DNA of 61,365 bases from Phycisphaera mikurensis NBRC 102666 (lineage in GTDB: Bacteria > Planctomycetota > Phycisphaerae > Phycisphaerales > SM1A02). Shown one piece after another: positions 25,831 through 34,449 of the stretch. Each line of letters opens with the position of its first letter. Positions within the stretch are counted from its first letter, which is position 1. The notes under the pieces were generated by a model, which had not been told where the DNA came from, ran no database searches, and saw only the letters and a program-made list of their open reading frames with translations. The DNA lies in NCBI GenBank assembly GCA_945877905.1, contig CAMDUT010000001.1, forward strand, positions 1 to 61,365, written 5' to 3'. A program made the position numbers and the translations under genes.

Positions 25831-26895
25831 TCAGAAGTCGCGGCGGCGGAAGATCCAGACGCACGCGCCGAGCAAGGCGACCTCGAACGCGAGGCTCGTG
25901 CCGATGGTCCATGCGACGCCCTTGCGCGACTCGGCGTCGTCGAAGAGGGCCTGCTGGAACTCGCGCCGCTTCACGCGCGTCGAGCCGAAGAAGTTCAGGG
26001 TCGATTCCTCGTCGGGCGGCGGGCGGAAGCTGGCGCTCGCGATGAGCCGGCGCTGCAGCCACTCGGTGGTCTCGTTGGTCTTCGGCAGGCACGTGACCAG
26101 CGCGTAGAGCGGCGCGTAGACGCGCTGCCAGGTGGCGGCGGCCGCGCGCTCGGACTCGAGCTCGCCGCGCAGGCGGTCGACGTCGGCGTCGGCGTTCTTC
26201 GAGAGGCGCGTCTCGATGGCGCGCTCGATGGCCGCGCACTCCATGGTGGACGCGATGCGCCCGCGGTTCACGAACTGCTCGCCCTCCTGCAGGCCGAAGA
26301 GCCCGAGCCAGAAGACGAGGGTCAGCAGCAGGCTGGCGACCGTGCTGCGCGTGAGCACGCCCATCAGCGCGCAGAAGCAGTAGAGGTAGCTGAAGAACAC
26401 CACCACCGTGGGCACGGCGATGAAGAGCCCGGGCTCCCACGCGCCGCCGCGGATGCCGATCACCATGAAGCTGGCCGTGACGAACACCAGCGCCTGGATG
26501 CCGGCGAAGAAGAGGCCCGTCACCCAGCGCGTCAGGAACAGCCGGCCGCGCGTGATGGGCTTCGAGAGCAGCATGTCGATGGAGCCGCTCGCGACCATCT
26601 CAGGGACGACGCTCGCCGTCGAGATGAGCGCCAGGATCGCCGCGAGCCACGTCAGCCAGACGTTGATGCCCAGGTTCTGGAAGATGATCTTGTAGAACGT
26701 GGACGCGGGGAAGAACTGCGTGTTGACGAACTTGTTGTCGACGTGGAACCACAGCACCGAGATGCCGGTGGAGTCGATGCCCACGGACCCGACCAGCACC
26801 ACCACCAGCATGCTGATGGCGATGGCGAGCCAGAAGAGCTTTCGCGAGTTGAGGTCGCGGTAGGCGTCGAGGAAGATCGCGAGGGTCTGCGTCAC
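25831..26895 (-). CDS. ABC-2 type transporter permease with a long hydrophilic insert
   Basis: GTG start overlapping the ATPase stop (GTGA). TM-rich sequence: LFWLAIAISMLVVVLVGSV, VWLTWLAAILALISTASVVPEM, DMLLSKPITRGRLFL. A roughly 130-aa charged segment precedes the last TM segment. Confidence 0.8.
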   Translation of the reverse strand: MTQTLAIFLDAYRDLNSRKLFWLAIAISMLVVVLVGSVGIDSTGISVLWFHVDNKFVNTQFFPASTFYKIIFQNLGINVWLTWLAAILALISTASVVPEMVASGSIDMLLSKPITRGRLFLTRWVTGLFFAGIQALVFVTASFMVIGIRGGAWEPGLFIAVPTVVVFFSYLYCFCALMGVLTRSTVASLLLTLVFWLGLFGLQEGEQFVNRGRIASTMECAAIERAIETRLSKNADADVDRLRGELESERAAAATWQRVYAPLYALVTCLPKTNETTEWLQRRLIASASFRPPPDEESTLNFFGSTRVKRREFQQALFDDAESRKGVAWTIGTSLAFEVALLGACVWIFRRRDF

Positions 26896-27848
26896 CGGCG
26901 TGCCTCCCGCGCCGCGCCCGGCATCGCGCGGCCGTCGCGGTCGACGACGCTGCGGACGAAGAGGTCCTCGAGGGTCTCCCGCGCGCGCTCGACGCGCGTG
27001 ACGACGGCGCCCGCGGCGCGCAGCGCGTCGATCACGGGCTGCACCTCGGCGGCTTCGCGCGTGGGCAGGACGTAGGTGAGCGCGCCGGGGCGGTCGGGCA
27101 CGGCGGCGCCCGGGCACTCGCGGCCCGCGAACGTCACCGCCGCGGGACCGCCCACGGCGTCGAGCTCGTAGCGGTGGCTGTCGCGGGTCAGTTCCTCGAT
27201 GGTGCCCTGCGCCACGGTGAGTCCCTGGTTGACGATCGCGACGCGGTCGGCCACCATCTCGACCTCGCCGAGCAGGTGGCTGTTGACGAGCACCGTGCGG
27301 CCCTCGCCGCGGATGCGCAGCAGCATGTCGCGGATCTCGCGGCGGCCCACGGGGTCGACGCCGTCGGTCGGCTCGTCGAGCACCACGAGCTGCGGGTCGT
27401 TGACCAGCGCCGCGGCGATGCCGATGCGCTGCTGCATGCCCTTGGAGTACGTGGTGACGCGGCGGTCGCCCCAGTCGCGCATGCCGACGAGCTCGAGCAG
27501 GCGCTCGGTGCGCTCGCGCCGCACGGCGCGCGGCACCTTCGCGAGCGCGCCCAGGAAGTCGACCACCTGGCGCCCCGTGAGGTACGCGGGGAACCGATGG
27601 TGCTCGGGCAGGTACCCGATGCGCTCGAGCACGCGCTGCGTGCACGCGGGCTCGCCGAGCACGGTGCCCTGCAGCGTGGTGGGCCGCACCACCGTCATGA
27701 TGATCTTGACCAGCGTGCTCTTTCCCGCGCCGTTCGGGCCGAGCAGGCCGAACACCTCGCCGCGGCCCACGGAGAGCGACACGCCGCGCAGCGCCTTCAC
27801 GCCGCCTCGGTAGGTCTTCGTCACGTCGCGGAGGTCGATGGCAAGCAC
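26892..27848 (-). CDS. ABC transporter ATP-binding protein (ABC-2/CcmA-like exporter ATPase)
   Basis: Walker A GPNGAGKSTLVKI, signature YSKGMQQRIGIA, Walker B LVVLDEPTDGVD, H-loop LVNSHLL. Confidence 0.9.
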   Translation of the reverse strand: MLAIDLRDVTKTYRGGVKALRGVSLSVGRGEVFGLLGPNGAGKSTLVKIIMTVVRPTTLQGTVLGEPACTQRVLERIGYLPEHHRFPAYLTGRQVVDFLGALAKVPRAVRRERTERLLELVGMRDWGDRRVTTYSKGMQQRIGIAAALVNDPQLVVLDEPTDGVDPVGRREIRDMLLRIRGEGRTVLVNSHLLGEVEMVADRVAIVNQGLTVAQGTIEELTRDSHRYELDAVGGPAAVTFAGRECPGAAVPDRPGALTYVLPTREAAEVQPVIDALRAAGAVVTRVERARETLEDLFVRSVVDRDGRAMPGAAREARR

Positions 27849-27880
27849 GCACGCACGTTACCGCGGCCTACGATGGCGCC

Positions 27881-28504
27881 ATGGACCACGCATCGCGCGA
27901 GGCGCCCGCGTCCATCCGCATCGGGTGGTCGGCGCTCATGGTGGCGGCGGTGCTCGCCGTCGCCACCGTCGCCGCGATCGCGTCGCGGGGGCTGGTGGGC
28001 GGATTCGGCCTCGACGCCGCGGGGGCCGTGACGGTGGTCGCGGCCACGCTCGCCACCGGGCTTGCGCTCCTGCCCATGGCGGCGATCATCGAGCTGCCGC
28101 GCGCGATGTGGGGCCACTGGGTTCCGGAACGCCGGCATCGCGCGGGGCGGTGCCCGGCGTGCGGGTACGGAGGTTCCGGAGGGCGCTGCCCCGAGTGCGG
28201 CGCGGCGTTCGAGCGGCCGCCCTCGTACGCCGCCGACTGGGCGACGCTGCGGCGCGTGGCATGGACGGTGGCGCCCGCGTCGCTCGCCGCTGCCGCGCTG
28301 GGGCTCGTGATCGCCGTGACGGACGAACGCGCGTTCGCGCGCGAGGTGGAGGCGCAGCGGCGCCGCGACCCCGAGCTGCGGGCGTGGTCGCGCCCGCGCG
28401 CGTGGCCCGCGGGGTTCGCGGAGCTCCGGTGGGATGCCGGCAGGGGCTTCTCGGGGCCGCCGCCCTTCGAGGCGCCGAAGGAGGCGCTGCGGCCGCGGGC
28501 GTGA
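27881..28504 (+). CDS. Hypothetical membrane protein with a CxxC-x9-CxxC zinc-ribbon
   Basis: Two or three hydrophobic segments, plus GRCPACGYGGSGGRCPECGAAF. I recognise no family. Confidence 0.5.
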   Translation: MDHASREAPASIRIGWSALMVAAVLAVATVAAIASRGLVGGFGLDAAGAVTVVAATLATGLALLPMAAIIELPRAMWGHWVPERRHRAGRCPACGYGGSGGRCPECGAAFERPPSYAADWATLRRVAWTVAPASLAAAALGLVIAVTDERAFAREVEAQRRRDPELRAWSRPRAWPAGFAELRWDAGRGFSGPPPFEAPKEALRPRA

Positions 28505-28505
28505 T

Positions 28506-29984
28506 TCAGCCGTTGGGCTTCTTGGCGTCCGGCTCGGCCTGCGTCGGCCCGCTCGACGGCGCACGTTCGAGCGTCGCCTGGCCCGCGCGCTCGCGGGCGG
28601 CGGGCGCCTGGAGGGGCCGGGGCGCGGCCTTCGAGCGCCGCTCGATCGACTCGCTGAGCCGCTGCACCACGGGGACCTTGTAGCGGTCGACGTTCTCCGG
28701 CTTCAGCACGAAGTAGTAGAAGGTGCCCTCCGCGTACTGGTTGCCCGCGAGCACCTCGGCCGCCGCGCCGACGCCCATGTAGATGTCGCCGCGGCCCGCG
28801 GCGCGGATGGCGCCGCCGGTGTCCTGGTCGAGCATGATGCGTTCGAACGGGCGCGGCGTGCCCGCATAGTCGGCGGTCTCGGTCTGCACGAGCATGGCGA
28901 GCCCGCGCGGGAAGATCTTCTTGTCAGTGGCCAGGCTCGCGTACGTCGTGACGGGCACGCCGAGCGAGCCCAGCGGCCACGCCTTCGCCTCGTACATCGA
29001 GAAGAACACCATGTTCTCGTTGCGGTCGATGTAGCGCTGCACCAGCGCGGGGTCGCGCTCGTAGAGGCGCTTGATGTTGCCGAGCGTGCGCTCGCGCCGC
29101 GTGATGACGCCGTCCTCGACCAGGCTCATGCCGAGGCCCACGTAGGGGCGGCCGGTCTTGCCCGCGTAGCCGACGTACTTGATCGAGTTGTCGGGCAGCA
29201 CCAGCTTCGCGCTGCCGTTCACCTCGCACACGTAGGCGTCGAACGCGCTCGAGAGCCACACGAGCTCGGTGCCCGCGAGCTCGCCGCCGGCCATGAGGTC
29301 CTTACGCGCGGGCCACGGCGAGACCGATCCGTCGGCCGCGCGGCGGCCCAGCGGCTCGCCGGTCTGCGTGTCGGTGACGAGGTCCTTCGGCCGCTGGTAG
29401 AGCGGGAAGCGGAACGTCTCGGTGCGCTCCATGCTCGCCTTGATCTCGGGCGAGAAGTAGCCGGTGAAGAGCACCTTGCCCTTGCCGTTGGAGCCGCGCG
29501 ACTGCCAGATGTCGAACTGCGCGTAGACGTCGCGCTGGAACGACTCGGCGTCCTTCGAGTTCTCCATCAGGTACTTGATGCCCCAGATCGAGGCGGCCGC
29601 GAGGCGATGGTCGGGCACCACCTGCGCGATCGGCCCGAGCTGCTCGCTCGAGTAGGCCGACTTGCTGCTGTTGGTCGCGAACCAGCGCACGCTGTTCTCC
29701 AGCGCCATCACGGTGGCGGCGTCCTTCGCCGTGAACGCCGCGCGCACGTCGGGGTACTCCTCGGGCGAGAGCTTTCGCAGGCCGTGCTCGCCGGGCGGGA
29801 TCTGCACGTCGGGGTCGGCCTCGGGGGCGGGCTTCGGCGCGGCCTTGCAGCCGCCGACGAGGAGCGAGCCCGCGACGGCGAGCGTGGCGGCCACGGCCAG
29901 CGCCGCGCCGGAGCGGGCGCGGCCGAGCGCGGCGATCGAGCGGCGGGAGGGGGCAACGAGGGAACCGGTCATGCGTCCGTGCAT
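28506..29984 (-). CDS. mltA: Membrane-bound lytic murein transglycosylase A (MltA family) lipoprotein
   Basis: Lipobox LLVGGC. MltA core: VLFTGYFSPEIKAS, FRFPLYQRP, AFDAYVCEVNGSAKLVLPD, GRPYVGLG. 3D domain: ATDKKIFPRGLAMLV...LDQDTGGAIRAAGRGDIYMG. Confidence 0.9.
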   Translation of the reverse strand: MHGRMTGSLVAPSRRSIAALGRARSGAALAVAATLAVAGSLLVGGCKAAPKPAPEADPDVQIPPGEHGLRKLSPEEYPDVRAAFTAKDAATVMALENSVRWFATNSSKSAYSSEQLGPIAQVVPDHRLAAASIWGIKYLMENSKDAESFQRDVYAQFDIWQSRGSNGKGKVLFTGYFSPEIKASMERTETFRFPLYQRPKDLVTDTQTGEPLGRRAADGSVSPWPARKDLMAGGELAGTELVWLSSAFDAYVCEVNGSAKLVLPDNSIKYVGYAGKTGRPYVGLGMSLVEDGVITRRERTLGNIKRLYERDPALVQRYIDRNENMVFFSMYEAKAWPLGSLGVPVTTYASLATDKKIFPRGLAMLVQTETADYAGTPRPFERIMLDQDTGGAIRAAGRGDIYMGVGAAAEVLAGNQYAEGTFYYFVLKPENVDRYKVPVVQRLSESIERRSKAAPRPLQAPAARERAGQATLERAPSSGPTQAEPDAKKPNG

Positions 29985-30104
29985 CCGGCCAATATCGTCC
30001 GGGACGCATTGAAACGTGCAGAATGCCGTTACACTCCCGCCATGCCCACCGACCTGCTCGCCTCCGCCCTGCCCCCGGCCGGGACCCCCGCCCCCGTCCT
30101 CGCG

Positions 30105-30362
30105 ATGTTCGGGCTCGGGACCACCGAGCTGGTCATCGTGGCGGTGATCGGCCTGCTGCTCTTCGGCAGCCGGCTCCCGAGCGTCGGGCGGAACATCGGC
30201 AAGTCGATCACCGAGTTCAAGAAGGGCATGAAGGACGCCAGCGACGAGATCTCCCGGGAGGACTCGGCGCAGCGGCCGCAGCTGAGCCAGGACCAGATGG
30301 AACGGGCCACCGAGGAGGCCGTCCGGCGCCTCAAGGCCGAGCAGGCGGCGCAGCAGAAGTGA
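30105..30362 (+). CDS. tatA: Twin-arginine translocase subunit TatA/E
   Basis: MFGLGTTELVIVAVIGLLLFGSRLPSVGRNIGKSITEFKKGMKD. An in-frame upstream ATG at 30042 is an alternative start. Confidence 0.85.
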   Translation: MFGLGTTELVIVAVIGLLLFGSRLPSVGRNIGKSITEFKKGMKDASDEISREDSAQRPQLSQDQMERATEEAVRRLKAEQAAQQK

Positions 30363-32092
30363 GCCCCCGGAGGCTCTGGGCCCTCGCGGCCCTCGTTTTT
30401 CTGGCGGTGGGGGTGGTCACGCTGGGGGTCCGCCCCCTGCAGGTGCCCGACGAGGCCCGCTACGGCATCATCCCGGCGCAGATGGTGGAGTCGGGGGACT
30501 GGCTGTCGCTGCGCCTGGCGGGGTTCCGGTTCTACGAGAAGCCGCCGCTCGTCTACTGGATCACCGCGACGAGCATCTCGGCGTTCGGGCAGAACGCGTG
30601 GGCCATCCGACTGCCGAGTGCGATGGCCGCGTGCGGCGCGGCCTTGGTGGCCGCCTGGTGCGCCGTGCGCATCACGGGCCGGCGCGAGCTGGGCCCACTG
30701 GCGTTCATGGTGCAGGCGACCACGGTCATGCCCTTGGTGCTCGGCACGGTCACGACGCTCGACCCGTGGTTCGCGTGCCTGGTGGCGGTCACGATGGGCG
30801 CATTCCTGGGTGCGTGCACGAGCGAGGGGCGCACGCGCATCCTGTGGCTCGCGGCGGCCGGTGCGGCGGCGGGGCTCGCCTTTCTCGCGAAGGGGCTGCT
30901 CGCGTTCGCGATCCCGGGCGCGGCGGCGATCGCCTACCTCGCGTGGGAGCGCCGATGGCGCGACATGCTCTCGATGCCGTGGGTGCCGCTGGCGGCGGCC
31001 GCGGTGGCGCTTCTGCCGCTGGCGCTGGCGGTGGAGCGCGCGAACCCGGGGATGTGGAAGTACCTGGTGATGAAGGAGCACGTGCGGCGCGCCTTGAACC
31101 CGGACCCGACGCAGCAGCCGCAGCCGTGGTGGTTCTACGCAGTGCTCTTCCCGGCGGGCGCCTTGGTGTGGATGCTGGCGTGGCCGCGTGCGGCCGCGGG
31201 GCTGCGCGCGTGCGCAGGGCGCGGACCGGGCGACGCACATGCGCGCGGCGGCGTGCACGATGCTGGCCCGCGCCTGCGCAGCGGCGTGCGCTTCATGACG
31301 TGCTGGGCGTTCGTGCCGCTGGCGGCGCTCAGCCTCTCGAGCGGGAAGCTCGCCACCTACATGCTGCCGATGTTCGCGCCGGTGGCGGTGCTGGTGGCCG
31401 TGGGGTTGTGGCACTGGCGCGCGGCGAACCCGGGCACGGGCGGGCACTCGGCGGCCGCGGCGCGATGGGTGCTGCGGATTGCGCTGGTGGCGTGCGTGGC
31501 GACGGCGGTCGCGGGACCCGCGCGGTTCGGGCTGCCGGATCCGTGGGAATCGGGGGGTGCGACGCGGCTCCTCGTGATCGCGGCGGCGCTGGCCGCATGG
31601 GCATTGATCGACGCATGGAGCTGGTCGACCGACGACGCGACGCGGTGGCTTGCGCGCACGGCGATGGCGCCGGTGCCGATGCTCGCCGTCATCCCGTTCC
31701 TCTACCCGACCGCGCTTCTCAACACCGCGAAGCACCCGTGGCCGTTCCTCGCCGAGCACCGCGAGGCGCTGCGCGCAAGCGACGTGCTCATCGTGGCGGG
31801 CGGCACGCCGGCGCTGGCCGCGAGCTGGGACACGGGCCGACGCGATCTCGTGATCGCCGGGTGGGCCGACGAGTTCGACAACGAGCTCGACCTGCCCGAG
31901 GAGCGCGAGCGCCGCATCGACTGGAGGGCCGTGGCCGAGCGCGTGCGCGCCGCGCGCGAGGCGCGGCCGCCGCGGACGGTGGGCGTGCTGGGGCAGCCCG
32001 CGCGGCTCGACGAGATCGCGAAGTCGGCCGGCGTGCCGGCGCCCGCCATGCGCGAGGACCGCAAGGACCTCGGCGTGGCGATCTGGCGGTGA
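30359..32092 (+). CDS. ArnT/PMT-like (GT83/GT39) phospholipid-carrier-dependent glycosyltransferase
   Basis: GTG overlapping the tatA stop (GTGA). Sequence: DEARYGIIPAQMVESGDWLSLRLAGFRFYEKPPLVYWITATSISAFGQNAWAIRLPSAM. More than 10 TM segments. Confidence 0.85.
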   Translation: MSPRRLWALAALVFLAVGVVTLGVRPLQVPDEARYGIIPAQMVESGDWLSLRLAGFRFYEKPPLVYWITATSISAFGQNAWAIRLPSAMAACGAALVAAWCAVRITGRRELGPLAFMVQATTVMPLVLGTVTTLDPWFACLVAVTMGAFLGACTSEGRTRILWLAAAGAAAGLAFLAKGLLAFAIPGAAAIAYLAWERRWRDMLSMPWVPLAAAAVALLPLALAVERANPGMWKYLVMKEHVRRALNPDPTQQPQPWWFYAVLFPAGALVWMLAWPRAAAGLRACAGRGPGDAHARGGVHDAGPRLRSGVRFMTCWAFVPLAALSLSSGKLATYMLPMFAPVAVLVAVGLWHWRAANPGTGGHSAAAARWVLRIALVACVATAVAGPARFGLPDPWESGGATRLLVIAAALAAWALIDAWSWSTDDATRWLARTAMAPVPMLAVIPFLYPTALLNTAKHPWPFLAEHREALRASDVLIVAGGTPALAASWDTGRRDLVIAGWADEFDNELDLPEERERRIDWRAVAERVRAAREARPPRTVGVLGQPARLDEIAKSAGVPAPAMREDRKDLGVAIWR

Positions 32093-32129
32093 GGCGCGGA
32101 ACGGGCGCCGCGGAACGCGCGCCGCACGA

Positions 32130-32681
32130 TCAGCGGTTGGCGAGCGGCGCGCCGAGGTCGGTGTGGTGGTGCACCATCTTCCAGCCGTTCGCTTCCTTGC
32201 GGAAGACGTTGGTGGCACGGAAGCGCATGTCGGCGGGCTTGCCGTCGATGACCGAGCCCTTGCAGACCTCGACGCAGGTGACGACGCCGAAATCGTCGCC
32301 GGCGATGGTGTGCATGTCGGTGCAGGCCACGGTGCCGCCCATCTTCATGCCGGCCTCGCGGCGGAAGCGCCCGATCACGGCGTCGTAGCCGACGTTGGTC
32401 TTGCCGTCGGGCCCGAAGTCCGAGACGTCGGCGGCGTGCGACCACACCGACTCCATGCCCTGTGCGCTGCCGGCGCAGACGCCGTTGATGGCGGCGTAGA
32501 ACGCCATGTTGGCTTCGTCCATGGTCGCGTAGCTCGACTCGTGCGCGCCGTCATGCTGCGAGAGCGCCTTACGCGCCACGTGGCCCGCGGCCATGCGGCC
32601 GGCGCAGCCGGAGGCGGAGGCGAGGAGGATGGCGGCGGACGAGGCGGCGACGAACGCGAAGCGAGCGGAGGTGGAGGTCAT
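32130..32681 (-). CDS. NTF2-like (SnoaL/DUF4440) lipoprotein
   Basis: Lipobox LLASASGC. Core MDEANMAFYAAINGVCAGS...ESVWSH...GGTVACTDMHTIAGDDFGVVTCVE...RATNVFRKEANGWKMVHHH. Confidence 0.75.
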   Translation of the reverse strand: MTSTSARFAFVAASSAAILLASASGCAGRMAAGHVARKALSQHDGAHESSYATMDEANMAFYAAINGVCAGSAQGMESVWSHAADVSDFGPDGKTNVGYDAVIGRFRREAGMKMGGTVACTDMHTIAGDDFGVVTCVEVCKGSVIDGKPADMRFRATNVFRKEANGWKMVHHHTDLGAPLANR

Positions 32682-32784
32682 GAAGTGGGATCCTAGGGGC
32701 GGTGCGAAAGGGCCGATTCTCGCGATTCGCGCCGAATCGGCCTTACCTTGGTGCATTCTGATGCTATCGTGCTATCACACTTGC

Positions 32785-33033
32785 ATGGCTCAGTTCGTCG
32801 TTCGCAACATCGAGGATGAGGTCCGCGACCGCCTCCGGTCCATGGCGAAGCGCCACGGGCGCAGCATGGAGGAGGAGATCCGCGAGATCCTGCGTGCGGC
32901 GGTCGCGTCGCGCCCGACGGGGGCGGCGCGCTTCGGCAGCCGGGCGTCCGCGAGGTTCCGCGGGTGCGGGCTTGAAACGGACATCGCCGAGCTGCGCGGC
33001 ACGCACGTCGAGCCGCCGAGGCTCGGGCGGTGA
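32785..33033 (+). CDS. vapB: Arc/MetJ-type (FitA/VapB-like) antitoxin
   Basis: MAQFVVRNIEDEVRDRLRSMAKRHGRSMEEEIREILRAAV has the typical RHH antitoxin N-terminus. The stop overlaps the toxin start. Confidence 0.8.
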   Translation: MAQFVVRNIEDEVRDRLRSMAKRHGRSMEEEIREILRAAVASRPTGAARFGSRASARFRGCGLETDIAELRGTHVEPPRLGR

Positions 33034-33452
33034 TCGTGCTCGACACGAACGTGCTCTCGGCACTGATGCGCGAGCGGCCTGAACGCCCGGTGATCGAGTG
33101 GCTCGACCGCCAGCCCGCGGAGTCGCTCTGGACCACCGCGATCACGCGCTTCGAGGTGCGGTTCGGCATCCGGTCGCTGCCCGCGGGCAGGCGTCGCAAC
33201 GCGCTTCGCGACGCATTCGAGGAGATGCTCGCGACCGACCTGGGCCGCCGCGTGCTTGAGTTCGACGATTCGGCCGCGGCGGCGGCGGCGGAGATCGCGG
33301 CCCGGCGCCGCGCGGAAGGGCGGCCGGTCGACATGCGGGACGTCCAGATCGCGGGCACCGTCGCCGCGCGCCGGGGCACGCTCGCCACGCGGAATCGCCG
33401 GCATTTCGTCGGTGCGGGCATTGACGTCGTGGACCCCTGGCAGGACGGATAA
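33030..33452 (+). CDS. vapC: PIN-domain ribonuclease toxin (VapC/FitB-like)
   Basis: (M)IVLDTNVLSAL...WTTAITRFEVRFG...DDSAAAAAAEIAARRRAEGRPVDMRDVQIAGTVAARRGTLATRNRRHF. The conserved acidic residues D5, E and D of the PIN fold are present. Confidence 0.85.
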   Translation: MIVLDTNVLSALMRERPERPVIEWLDRQPAESLWTTAITRFEVRFGIRSLPAGRRRNALRDAFEEMLATDLGRRVLEFDDSAAAAAAEIAARRRAEGRPVDMRDVQIAGTVAARRGTLATRNRRHFVGAGIDVVDPWQDG

Positions 33453-33519
33453 CACGGGCCGCGCCGCGCGCAGGGCCCGCGTGACACGGCCGGGGGTCCC
33501 GGCTAGACTCTGACGCTCC

Positions 33520-33593
33520 GGGCGATTAGCTCAGCTGGCTAGAGCACACGCATCACACGCGTGGGGTCACTGGTTCGAATCCAGTATCGCCCA
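33520..33593 (+). tRNA. tRNA-Val (anticodon CAC)
   Basis: GGGCGAT-TA-GCTC/AGCTGGCTA/GAGC-A-CACGC/ATCACAC/GCGTG-GGGTC-ACTGG/TTCGAAT/CCAGT-ATCGCCC-A. Total 74 nt. Confidence 0.9.
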
Positions 33594-33595
33594 TT
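33572..33595 (+). repeat. attL-like direct repeat (3' end of tRNA-Val)
   Basis: ggttcgaatccagtatcgcccatt is identical to 45553..45576. The match extends to 28 nt with one mismatch. Confidence 0.85.
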
Positions 33596-33609
33596 CAGGA
33601 ATGAACGCA

Positions 33610-33647
33610 CGCGGTTGTGCTCGCTCGCACTGAGCGGCACAACCGCG
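33610..33647 (+). terminator. Hairpin just after tRNA-Val, contributed by the island
   Basis: cgcggttgtgc ... gcacaaccgcg, an 11-bp stem with a 16-nt loop, followed by ctgcgtttc. Confidence 0.45.
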
Positions 33648-33881
33648 CTGCGTTTCGGGGGTTGCGTGCAGTCCGAACGACGCGTTGCGAACCGGGGCGG
33701 TCCGGTGCTGTGACGCCCATTGCGCCGCATTGGGGGCGAAGTGCGTCGCTTTCTGCGTCGGTTTGGGGGGGCCGAATCGATCGCTCCCTTCCGTCCGAAG
33801 CTCAGACGTGCATCGACGCCTCAGCGAGCGTGTGTTACGGGCGCCTTCCATCCGCTCGCTGTTGGGCGATACAGTTCCCGA

Positions 33882-34301
33882 ATGGCCCTGGCCATTCGAC
33901 GCCTCCTCGCATCCCTCTTGATCGCGGCCTTGCTGGCCGTCGGCGGACTGCGTGGCCAGACGCTTTCGCTGGGTGGCGACCACGCGCACGGCCCGGATTC
34001 GGCACATGCCGACCACGGGCACCATCACGACCACCACCACGACCCTTCCCCGGCGGCCCCGCACTCGCACGACGACCACGACACCCACCTCCACCTCTCG
34101 ATCGCGGACTGGGCGCGGATGGCTGCTCGGGCCGCCGTGGACATGCCGAAGCTGCATGTGCTGGTGACGCTGCAGTTCCCGGCATTCCCGGACGTGGGGG
34201 CGGCGAGCTGCCTCTCGCGACCCATGCGCATCTCCGAGCCGTGGCGGCCGCCCCCGAGGGGCGAACTCGCCGCGTTGCGCGCCATCCGCCTGCTCGTGTG
34301 A
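33882..34301 (+). CDS. Histidine-rich secreted protein, putative metal-binding accessory protein
   Basis: Signal MALAIRRLLASLLIAALLAVGGLRG. Then GGDHAHGPDSAHADHGHHHDHHHDPSPAAPHSHDDHDTHLH. Confidence 0.7.
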   Translation: MALAIRRLLASLLIAALLAVGGLRGQTLSLGGDHAHGPDSAHADHGHHHDHHHDPSPAAPHSHDDHDTHLHLSIADWARMAARAAVDMPKLHVLVTLQFPAFPDVGAASCLSRPMRISEPWRPPPRGELAALRAIRLLV

Positions 34302-34449
34302 ATCCCGGCGATCGCATCCGCCTCCCGTAGGTGGATGCCCCCCCTGGCGCCCTGCGCCGGTGTCCTTCACGCCACGGCCATCGTGTCGCGTCCATGCGAC
34401 GACGATCACCCGGGCGGGATCGATTCGCCCCTGATGACCTCGGGATTCC

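Noticed and set aside
28434-30041. The N-terminal 536 aa of ORF 28434..30362 (+), which would extend tatA.
   Set aside because: It is antisense to mltA and R/A/G-rich. TatA proteins are short, and the canonical MFGLGTTEL start lies at 30105.
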